Of a stretch of 64,000 nucleotides of DNA, positions 1-10,200 are shown in pieces. Under the pieces are notes generated by a model. The model was not told the DNA's origin, searched no databases, and worked only from the letters and a program-made list of their open reading frames with translations. A program made the position numbers and the translations under genes. Numbering within the stretch: the first letter of the stretch is position 1; every line of letters starts with the position of its first letter. The DNA is from Pseudomonadota bacterium (lineage in GTDB: Bacteria > Desulfobacterota > Desulfobulbia > Desulfobulbales > CALZHT01), in the NCBI GenBank assembly GCA_018823135.1, contig JAHJJF010000097.1:1767-65766 (forward strand). Reading direction: 5' to 3'.

Positions 1-1
1 G

Positions 2-3000
2 GAAATGGATTGCTTTGTTATTGATGCGGCTCATCCGGAATTAAGCTGTCATCCCAGTGAGCCGGATAAAGCATGGACGGAAGAAAACATGTGGCTGTCT
101 GCCATGCCCATGTATAAAAATACCGGCCCGGGAACGGATAGGGCAAATTCACATGTCCGACACATGAATACCGGTTTTTCCTGTGATGATTGCCATAATA
201 ATACCGTTGGCGGTGCCTGTCTTGATTGCCACAAGACAGGAGTTCCGTCAAGCGGTGAGATGGTGAATGACGAAGAATCCCATGTGAGCGGGTTTTATCA
301 TGTAAATAAAACCAAAAATGTAAATTTCAAGAACGGTGGCACGTATTATCGTACGAAAATCGGTGAGCATAAGGCGAAAAGTTGTGCAGGCACCGCTTGT
401 CATGTGGGCGGGCAGGATCCGGTCTGGGGCGGGTCGGTTATAAATGATGTAACCTGCCTCGAATGTCACAGCACTCCGTCAACTGATTTTGATGATTTCG
501 GAGAATTCAATGGCAGCCGTGCCAGGATAAGTTTGCTTGATTGGGTTGAATCCGGCCACGGCAGAAGGGAATTTGATGAAAACGGTGATCCAAATCTGTA
601 CGTCGGATCCGATAACCCGCCGGCAAAATTTCCAACCAACGGTTGCTGGTATTGCCACGACAATAATGTACTGCACGGCAAGGACGACAATCCTTTCCGT
701 CTTCGAAGACACGAACATTTCACCCTGCGCTTTGAAAGGGAATGCGCCTATTGTCATATGCTTGGAAATGACAATGAATGCCTTACCTGCCACAATGATC
801 AATACGACGAATCCATGGCGCCGCAATTAGCTGACATCCCTGCTGATGCTGATTTGGTGATTAATGATCCCCCCTATAAGATTTCACGGCCGAACCATGC
901 GCTTTATGTAAACGGGCAAACCTCATGCTCCGATTCGGTAAATGGTAATTGCCATGAGGCAAACAGTACCCGGCATAAGGTTGAAATGCCCGCCGAGATA
1001 AATAATGCCGAAGAAATTGCCGACATCTCCAATCAGTATGTGATGATGGGGGTCTGCCTGAAATGCCATGATGACGATAGTGGCGGACAATGTCAGACAT
1101 GTCATGAGGGTGATAATTATATTACCGGATTTAAACCTGATATGCCCGGCTTCGGGTTTATTCAACCCGAGATTGCCAAGGCGTCGTCCTTTCATTTTGG
1201 CTACAAGCATTATCAGGCCTATCTGGGAAGTATCAATATAATTGAAAACGCTGTCAACAGCGGCGTTACAGATGAACCTCCTTTTATTAACAATAAGTTC
1301 AGGGATCTTGATTCCGGTTGGGGAATAGATACTTGGAAAGATAATCATTTTGTGGTTATCACCAATGGCCCCAATGTTGATGAAAAAAGAAGAATTAAAT
1401 CAAATACGGCGGATTCCATAATAGTCTATACACCCTTCCCCGATCCCGTGGGACTCAATACAACTTATCAGATACAGGATGTTGCTCAGGTGATAATTGA
1501 TACCGGCACCGTGGATTCATCCCCAGAAATGAATGATTCGCTGAAAGAAGATGACAAAAACTGGGTTGCGAACGCCTGGATCAAACAGTATGACGATTAT
1601 TTTGTTTATTTTAAAAACGGCCTTAATAAAGATCTGAAGCGAAAAATCAAAAGCCATACAAATAATACAATCACCCTGGCGGAAGGCTTTCCGAATAACA
1701 TAATAGCCGGTGATCAATATAAAATTGTCAATCCGGTATGGAAAGGCGGCAAGTTCTGTTGGGATTGTCATGATCCGCACGGGGATTCCAACCCGTATTA
1801 TTCGGAAGGGGTTAATGATCCAAAAGACAAGTTCAATGCCTTTATGGTTCAGACCTGGGTTGCGACGGAATCGGATGGTATCCATGGGAAACCCATACCT
1901 TCTCTACGGAAGAGGGTTGAATTTCTTGATAATGAAGTTGGGTCTAATTATGCAAAGCATGATCCGCCAAACGGAATTTGCAATGTCTGCCACGATGATT
2001 CCTTAGGAAAAACCCAGTACTACAATAAAAGCGGTGGAAGTAATCATAATCCAGGGAAAAGATGTACCCAGTGTCATGAGCACAGGTTCACCGACAGTCA
2101 TGCAGGGAAGGATAAGAACGGCGAGAAGAATACCTGCCATACCTGTCATTCGTCTAAACCTGTTCCAAGACATACCGCTTTCGGTCTGCCCAGGGATTGC
2201 ACCAAATGTCATGACGGTACGATCAAGACCCGGATGAATATCATGGGACAATTCAGGTCCAATTCGCATCATGTCCAAAGAGAAGACGAAAGCATCAGAA
2301 ACACCGATTGTTATCAATGTCACTGGGAAGCAACCGAATTCGGATTAATCAATCTTGAACATCATACCGGCTATAACTACGTAACCCATGAAACCGTGGT
2401 AAATGATCCTGTTGACCTGGTCATCTGGCAGGAAGGTGATTCGCCGACAGTGGGTGAGAGACCAACCGAGTATATTACTACTCCCGGACTTGAAACCGTT
2501 ACAACGTTCAGGGCAACGAATCTCAAAATCAACGATCCTGACCCGGCAGTCGTACTTCAAGCTGAAAGAAAGGAGATTACAAAAATCACGCCTCATTGCA
2601 TCAGTTGCCACAGTGAGCAAAACAGCGAAAATGATGAAGTATTTATCGATGACTGCAAGACTCCCAGTCAATACGCCTGGGATGGATACAGTATTGATGA
2701 AAAATATTCAGAAAAGGGAACTGCAAAATGGGGTAAGTATGCATATCTGCCCAATGCTGCAAAAAAAGATCTGGTTAAAGCCTTTTCAGCACACGGCAAT
2801 GCGGTGAATAATGCCGGGGGCTTCAATGCCATTGACGGCGTGGATTTCAACATCGATAATTCACGGCCGGGAGCCTATGACGTTCAGTGTTTTGATTGTC
2901 ATAATTCCCATGGTTCAAATGTCATAGGGACGACTTCCAGTTATACTTCTCTCAAGGGTCTCAACAACGGCGCAAACTTAAAGGAAACCACGCAGAACAA

Positions 3001-4279
3001 GGGAGGGTATCAAACAACTTATGCCGCTTCCGCCTGGGACGATGAAGCTTCGGTTAGATTTTATAATGCCGGCGCCGGGCAATGCTTTGACTGCCATGAG
3101 TCGCAGCTTGCCAATATTGAAAATGAAAATGGAGACATCCCGCCATGGGGATACGGAACTACATTCGGGGCATTAGCGCCGATTGTCGGCTATAAGGACA
3201 ATAATCGATTTGAAGGATCCTATCCAGGCAAGCTCAATTCCGGCACGGCAATAAGCCGGAACCAGGCTTCAACCTATCTAGCGGATTCAAATGTGTCTTT
3301 TGCCTATAGAGATGCCAAACGTACCCTGGGCGGCCACATGAATGCATCGCACAATAATCCGCTCTCTTCAAATTTTAATCCTGCTGATCCAAGTGCCAAT
3401 GATATACCCACACTTGGCAGGATCAATGGGCTCTGCACACCTTGCCATGATCCCCATGGCGTCAGTCCGACCCTGGGCGATAACATGAAATATGCTGTGC
3501 CATTGCTCAAGGGAACCTGGCTTACTTCGCCGTATCGGGAAGATCATCCAGCACCTGATCCCTATGGACCGCGGTTTTATAAACCGAAAAATACAGGAGA
3601 TCCTACTTACAAGACCTGGGGCTATCCGGCACCGTATTACAGTCAACATTTCGATGTCTACAGGAGAGGATTTGTGCCGGACGACGATGGGATTCCTGAA
3701 AATCGCTACAACCTTGATCGCACCCTTTTTAACGATCCCACCAACGCCACTCAAATCAAGGAGGATGATTCTCAGTTTGCCGGGCTATGTCTCAGGTGCC
3801 ATCCAAAAGAGAATCTGACCAATCCGGCGGTTGAGGAAGACATCTATAACACCGATGAATTCCGGTCAGTTGAACGAATCCACGAGGCGGTGAAAGGCTG
3901 GGGGGGCAATATGAATGAGCATTACTTCTCATGTTCCAAGTGCCACCAGCCTCATGCCTCGGGCCTGCCGAGACTGATGCAGACCAACTGTCTTGATTTT
4001 CAGCATCGTGGCGGGATTCAAACAGGAGGGCTGCCGCAATTCACTAAAGGTTACACTGGCGGCAGGGATACGATGCGGTCTTATGGATTTCCCGTCGCCG
4101 CACTTTTTGGCAACAACCAATCACATTATTACGCCCTGAAGTGTCATGCCGAGGCTGATATATATCAGAATCCCGGTATTGAAGAACCGAAGTCAGATGA
4201 CTGGGATTACGATAGCCCTCCAAAAAATTTCAGGGAGAAACAGCTCTGGAACAACGTGACCATATGGTCTTCGCCCTGA
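2..4279 (+). CDS. Giant multiheme c-type cytochrome, 5' end cut by the window edge
   Basis: The reading frame is open back to position 2 and the visible N-terminus has no signal peptide, so the gene probably starts upstream. There are 20 canonical CXXCH motifs: CDDCH, CLDCH, CLECH, CWYCH, CAYCH, CLTCH, CLKCH, CQTCH, CWDCH, CNVCH, CTQCH, CHTCH, CTKCH, CYQCH, CISCH, CFDCH x2, CTPCH, CLRCH and CSKCH. Variants are a CX4CH (383-403) followed by CLECH, which is the Geobacter CxxxxCH...CXXCH pattern, and a CX7CH (926-955). CxxCH(D/N/Q)(P/S)H(G/A) motifs recur. A heme-free insert lies at about 1140-1745. Confidence 0.9.
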   Translation, partial: EMDCFVIDAAHPELSCHPSEPDKAWTEENMWLSAMPMYKNTGPGTDRANSHVRHMNTGFSCDDCHNNTVGGACLDCHKTGVPSSGEMVNDEESHVSGFYHVNKTKNVNFKNGGTYYRTKIGEHKAKSCAGTACHVGGQDPVWGGSVINDVTCLECHSTPSTDFDDFGEFNGSRARISLLDWVESGHGRREFDENGDPNLYVGSDNPPAKFPTNGCWYCHDNNVLHGKDDNPFRLRRHEHFTLRFERECAYCHMLGNDNECLTCHNDQYDESMAPQLADIPADADLVINDPPYKISRPNHALYVNGQTSCSDSVNGNCHEANSTRHKVEMPAEINNAEEIADISNQYVMMGVCLKCHDDDSGGQCQTCHEGDNYITGFKPDMPGFGFIQPEIAKASSFHFGYKHYQAYLGSINIIENAVNSGVTDEPPFINNKFRDLDSGWGIDTWKDNHFVVITNGPNVDEKRRIKSNTADSIIVYTPFPDPVGLNTTYQIQDVAQVIIDTGTVDSSPEMNDSLKEDDKNWVANAWIKQYDDYFVYFKNGLNKDLKRKIKSHTNNTITLAEGFPNNIIAGDQYKIVNPVWKGGKFCWDCHDPHGDSNPYYSEGVNDPKDKFNAFMVQTWVATESDGIHGKPIPSLRKRVEFLDNEVGSNYAKHDPPNGICNVCHDDSLGKTQYYNKSGGSNHNPGKRCTQCHEHRFTDSHAGKDKNGEKNTCHTCHSSKPVPRHTAFGLPRDCTKCHDGTIKTRMNIMGQFRSNSHHVQREDESIRNTDCYQCHWEATEFGLINLEHHTGYNYVTHETVVNDPVDLVIWQEGDSPTVGERPTEYITTPGLETVTTFRATNLKINDPDPAVVLQAERKEITKITPHCISCHSEQNSENDEVFIDDCKTPSQYAWDGYSIDEKYSEKGTAKWGKYAYLPNAAKKDLVKAFSAHGNAVNNAGGFNAIDGVDFNIDNSRPGAYDVQCFDCHNSHGSNVIGTTSSYTSLKGLNNGANLKETTQNKGGYQTTYAASAWDDEASVRFYNAGAGQCFDCHESQLANIENENGDIPPWGYGTTFGALAPIVGYKDNNRFEGSYPGKLNSGTAISRNQASTYLADSNVSFAYRDAKRTLGGHMNASHNNPLSSNFNPADPSANDIPTLGRINGLCTPCHDPHGVSPTLGDNMKYAVPLLKGTWLTSPYREDHPAPDPYGPRFYKPKNTGDPTYKTWGYPAPYYSQHFDVYRRGFVPDDDGIPENRYNLDRTLFNDPTNATQIKEDDSQFAGLCLRCHPKENLTNPAVEEDIYNTDEFRSVERIHEAVKGWGGNMNEHYFSCSKCHQPHASGLPRLMQTNCLDFQHRGGIQTGGLPQFTKGYTGGRDTMRSYGFPVAALFGNNQSHYYALKCHAEADIYQNPGIEEPKSDDWDYDSPPKNFREKQLWNNVTIWSSP
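1304..1735 (+). repeat. Two tandem ~60-aa non-heme modules (D..W...W...G..R.I.SNT..T.T....FP....Y.I) inside the cytochrome
   Basis: The two translated copies are DLDSGWGIDTWKDNHFVVITNGPNVDEKRRIKSNTADSIIVYTPFPDPVGLNTTYQI and EDDKNWVANAWIKQYDDYFVYFKNGLNKDLKRKIKSHTNNTITLAEGFPNNIIAGDQYKIV. They align with two modules of the neighbouring giant gene (5894-6300). The similarity is at protein level, not DNA level. Confidence 0.7.
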
Positions 4280-7200
4280 TGGCTGAAGCTAAAGAGACTT
4301 TTACTCTATTTGCCGCCGGTAAAACAATAATGAATGGGATGTATTCGATGAGTTCAAAAAAACGCTTCATCAGCAGGTTACCTGTGATCGGGAAATTGTT
4401 TTGTGTAGTTGGGCGATGTTTCACCCGTCGCATGAGCCGGTATTTTTCGGCAATTATCCTCGTTCTTCTCCTGGGATGTTTCCAGAATGCTTCAGGTGAA
4501 GGCGGTGAGGTTCTCAATCGATTCTCTTATCTTTTATCCGGCAAACAGGAAGCTGTTGCCGTGGCTGTTGACACCGACGGTTCCATGGTTATAACCGGCT
4601 ACACACAACCCACGCCTGCTGATAATCAAGATTTTTTCACAATTAAAGTCAATCCGGATACCACCGGTCTGGAAGGTCTTGCCTGGTCTGCGCCCGCCAC
4701 GTTTGATTTGACCGGCGGAGACGATTATGCCGTGGATGTAGTTATTGATCACCAGCATAATATTATTGTCGTCGGCGCTGCATATAACGGCACAAACTTT
4801 GATTTTCAGACGATTAAATACTGTGGAAACAGTATTGATCCGGTCACATTCTGCAAGGGAAAGCAACCTGGGCAGGTGATCTGGCAACATACCTATAATT
4901 ACTCAACAAATGGCAATGATTATCCTGTTCAAGTGGCAGTAGATGTCAATAACAATATATATGTCGGCGGCTATACTCACGGACTCACCGGCAATGATGA
5001 TTTTCTGGTAATTAAATACAGTAAAGACGGGCCAATTGGTAACAAACCATCATTTATACGACCATATAACAATAACACAGCCAACGACCATGATCGGATC
5101 AACTCAATTGCGGTCTCTGCCGGAGAACCAATCTATATTGCGGCAACCGGCATATCCGATAATGATCCGGATATCGTTACTACTGATTTCGACTATCTTA
5201 CTGTTAAATATGATTCTGAACTTAAAGTGCTCTGGGCTAAACTGCATGACGGCGGGTCTGGAGACGATCATGCCCTGGTTGTGAAAATTGATACGGAGAA
5301 TGATGTAATTGTCACCGGTCATATAAGCAATGGGACCGATGATGAGATGTTCACCATAAAATATCTCGGGGAAATCGACCCGCCGCCGATTGACTGGACA
5401 ACAGGCTATGACAGCATGTTTTCTGGCGGGGCTGACAAACCCAATGATATAATCATTGACTCGGCAAATAATGTCTATATTACCGGCACAACATGGACAC
5501 TGGAAGGAGCGACCGATTTTTTCACGGCTAAATATTACGGTGATTCCAGCAATTCTCTGAGAGGCCAACGTGCCTGGCCCGAAGAAATGATTTTTGACTC
5601 GGGCAACGGCAGCGCAGATACAGCGCCTGCCATGGTTATTGATGATAACTCGGTGTATGTCACCGGCTACATGATGAATGCTGCTTCTAACTATGATTTT
5701 CTTACAATAAAATATGATCTGGTTAACGGCAATGAAATCTGGACAAAAATGTTCGATGGCCCGGCAAATGCTGATGATAAATCCGTAGGACTGGGGTTGT
5801 CTGAATCAGGGAAATTTTATGTGGCGGGCTGGTCAAATAAAAGCCCGTCTTTTACAGATGGTCTGGCTTCAAATGCATCAGGATCAACCACGGTAATTGA
5901 AGATTCGACAAAAAACTGGTCAGTAAACCAGTGGGCAGGATTGTCTGTCAAAGTCACCAGCGGAACTAATATTGGAGTCAGTCGGCAAATTGCAAGCAAC
6001 ACCCAAACTTCTTTAACGGTTGCTACGGTGCTTCCGTCTCCGGTTGTGACTGGAGACACCTATTATATTTTTTTTAAGGCTGACAACGCCTCAGCCGGCA
6101 GCACGGACAGGATAATTATTGATACCGATTATAACTGGCCGAATAATTTATTTGCCGGTTATTACGTTTATATTACCAGTGGCACTCATAACGGACTAAG
6201 CCGCCAGATTCAAAGCAACACCAGTAACACCTTAACTCTGGTTACTCCTTTTCCCAATGGCGATCCGGTTGCCGCGGGAGTTTCCTATTATATCCTCGAT
6301 CCCAGTAATTTTGATTTTCAGGCTATTCAATATGATCCCGGAGTAATAAACACCCCAACCAGTTTAAGGCTGAGCCTCATTGGTCAATCCGATACCGACG
6401 TGAAAGTTCAATGGGATATCAACTCGACAAATGAGGACGGATTTCAGGTTTTCAGAAAATTATGCCTGGATCCGTTATATCCGGAAAATCCTCATGCAAC
6501 GGTCGGGCAGGGCGTATCATATTTTGATGACTCCCCGTCAATCTCTCCAGCCCTGGAAGCAGATAAAAAATATTGCTATCAGGTTCGCGCATTCGGTTAT
6601 GACCCCGACGATCTTGAGGAGCCTTATGATATTCTTAATTATTCTCATTTTTCAAATGAAGCGGGAATTCTGACCACAAATATTAAGAATGATGATCCAG
6701 TATGGATTTACAAATATATCGGTCCTGGTGAAGATAAAGCAAATGCCATCGCGGTTGGGCCTGATCTTAATCCGGTTATCACCGGCTACAGTTATTCCAC
6801 CTCAGGCACATTCGATTATTTTACCGCCCGGCTTAATTATACCAACGCCTCGGAGATCTGGACCCATCGCTATGATGATGCATTCAATGAATCTGATGAA
6901 GCACAAAGCATCATTATTGATTCCAATAATAATCCCGTGGTTTCCGGATATTCTTCACTGAGCGGTTCCGGTCCTTCAAACACCTTTGATTTTTATACGG
7001 TTAAATATTATTCCAATTTTAATAATTCGGTCCCGCCAAGGGCTGTTGATTCCGGCAACAAACCGAAATGGAAAGATGCGTATGACGGACCGGGCAACAA
7101 AGATGATCGAGTAACTGCAATTGCCAAGGCAAAAGACGCTTCGGACAATATCGTGATTATCGGTTATGGACGGAATGCAAGCGTAAATGATGATATTTTC

Positions 7201-10200
7201 CTGATTAAGTATCTTGCCAACGGCACTCGCGCCTGGGCAACTGTTGACCACCCTGAATACGCGCTTCAGGTCTGGGACGTTGCCGGACTTGACGACAAGC
7301 CCGTTGCGGTTGTTTTTGACTATAATGGTGATATTCTGATTGCCGGACGCGCAAAGCACGCCCATGCCGCAACCCACGGCAACACTGATTTTGATATCGT
7401 TGTTCGAAAATACAGCGGTGTTGACGGCACCCCCATGTGGTCGGTTGTCTATGATTCTGCGTTTGGCGACGATGAGGGCGCCGACATTGCGGTTGATACG
7501 CTTAATAACGTGTATGTCACCGGATATGTCAGTACCGAGAGTCAGGGCGAAGATATTTTTCTGACGAAATACTGCGGCAACAGCGATCCGGAAAATAATT
7601 GCGGCGCCGGTCTGGTTCAAGGGGACGAAATATGGGCCAGGCCTTACACCGGGTCGGGGGCAGGCGATGATTTTGGTGTCGGTGTTGCAGTTGACATCAG
7701 TGATGAAGTTGAGGAAGTGGTGGTGGGTGGCACGACATTCATAGGTGCCGGGAATAATGATTTTTTTGTCATGCGCTATGATCTGGACGGCAATAATGTC
7801 TGGAATATTCCCCGCATTCTTGACCGTCAGGCAACAAATGACAGCGTTGTTTCCATGAAAATGGATGTTTCCGGGAATGTCTATCTAGGAGGAAATACCA
7901 ACGACAGCGGCTCCAGTGATATTCTCGCGGTGATTTATGATTACGTCGGAGAATGGAAGGGCGGAACTATTTATGATGGCCTTTCCAGTAATGATGACGG
8001 CGCCAAGAGTGTTGCGGTGAGCCGGGTTGGCAATGCATATGTGGCCGGATACACCCATAACGGCAGCAATTATGATTATGTTGCGATAGAATTTATCGGC
8101 GAAATATTACAAGCGCCGGCGCCGTTCACCTTAACTGCCTATTATACCTACGTAGATTTGAACTGGGCCAATAACACTCTGGAAGACGGTATTGGTGACG
8201 GATACAATCTCGAACGGCAGAATGTTGACTGCAATACTGCAAAACTGGGCGGCGCCTGGACACTGGTTTCCGGCGACACAATTCCTTTGGCCCAAACCTC
8301 TTATCGGGATACCGGGCTGACTATTGAAGATACCTATTGTTATCGAATTCAGACAGTCTGTGATAACGGCGAGATGTCACGCTGGATTTACCGGACAATT
8401 GATACTGTGCATCCACCTGCTCCGGATGCCTTGTCGGCCTCCATCGATGATTCTACAACGGTCACGCTGACCTGGATCGATACTATCGCAGATGAAGACT
8501 CCTATGCGGTGCAACGTTGTGATCAATCGCTTTATAATTGTCTGGATCCGGCCCCGGACGATGATTCGCCGGTGGATGCGCGTTATGAGGTATTAATCGA
8601 TTCCCTGCCTCCTGGAACCCATACCTATACCGACCCAACGGCTTGCTCCGGAAAAACTTATACCTATAGAATTCAAGGCGCTCTCAACGGCTTCTGGACC
8701 TCCTATTTCGTCTATCTCGTCGATGTTCAGGCCACGCCTTTTGCCACACCGACGGTAGTGTCGGCCATCGCCCAGAGTGAAGGCCGGATCGATCTTACCT
8801 GGACAGACACTAATACCGATGAAACCAGTTTTAAAATCTATCGTTGCCTGGGCCTGGGTTGCGATCCTGATCAGGACGGCGCTTTGCTGCCTGTGGATCT
8901 CACCGGTTCAAATATTCCTGCCGGCAGTATTGTCCACATGAAGATGAATGAATCCTGGTCTCCCGGCGTGGCGGATATGGTGGTGGATAGTTCCGGCAAT
9001 AATCACCATGGCACGGCTTACGGCAATGCCAGCGGCGGTTTCTTTGACGGTGTTGATGATTATGTGTCATTGGGAGATATTGATGCACTTGATGCGCCGG
9101 CCGCACTTTCCGTGGAAATCTGGTTCAAGAAAACCGGGGAGATGGGCAGCGCCACCAATCATCTGGTTAACAATGTCCTGATCGCCCAGTCTTCTGATGC
9201 TGCCAACGATAATCTTGAAATCGGCATTCAGGGCAACAGTATTGAATTCTATCTTGATACGGAACAGGAACGCAATTTCAACGTCAGAGTGGAAAGCGGT
9301 ACAGCCGCTGACACCGGCATTACCCTTGAACCGGACACCTGGTATCATCTGGTTCTTACCTATGATAAGGATGCGGCTGACGGCAATGAGACAAAGCTCT
9401 ATTTTCAGGGCGCTCTTCTTGGTCAATGGAATACCGGCGGCGGCTATTTGACCTCCAGTGACACGTCGCCTCTGACCATCGGTATGGCAAGACCTGACGG
9501 CAGCAACTGGGGTGATTTCAAGGGCGCTATCAATCAATTGACTATCTACGATCACGCCATAACCCTGGCGGAAGTCCAGAACTCTTACGCCAACGGACTT
9601 CCTGCGATTCCGACCTTTTATTCAGATTTTCCCTTAAATCCCAATGCCCATTACAATTATGAAGTAATGGCGTATAAAATCGCCGCCGGTTCCCCTGAAT
9701 GTCCCACCGGCTGGGAAACTGATCCGGATCTCGGCGGTACAGCGGGCGATGAATCAGCTGATATTTTCACACCGGGAGTTCCTAATGCGCCCACCAATAT
9801 CTCGGTAACCACCAATGCTGTGGACAGGACTTCCCGGATTGACATTACCTGGAATGATAATACTGAATTCGAAGAAGGTTTTATTTTAGAACGCTGTGTG
9901 GGCGGACTGGCTGTTTGCACACCAGCAGCTTTTGTTCTTGATCCTGTTTTTGGTGTTTCAGGGGTGGGTGTCACCCTGGCCATGGAAGCTGAAACCTACT
10001 CTGACACAACGGTTTGCAATAATACTGAATATACCTACAGGGTAAAGGCAATTCGTCCGTCAGATCCAAGCTGGCTCTCAGGTTCTGCTTACACTGAGCC
10101 TTATGATTCCGATGCAACGAATACTATAAACAATCCAACAGGTCTTTCTGCATCCTATGTCAATGAAGAGGAAATCCGACTCACCTGGACGGATAATTCC

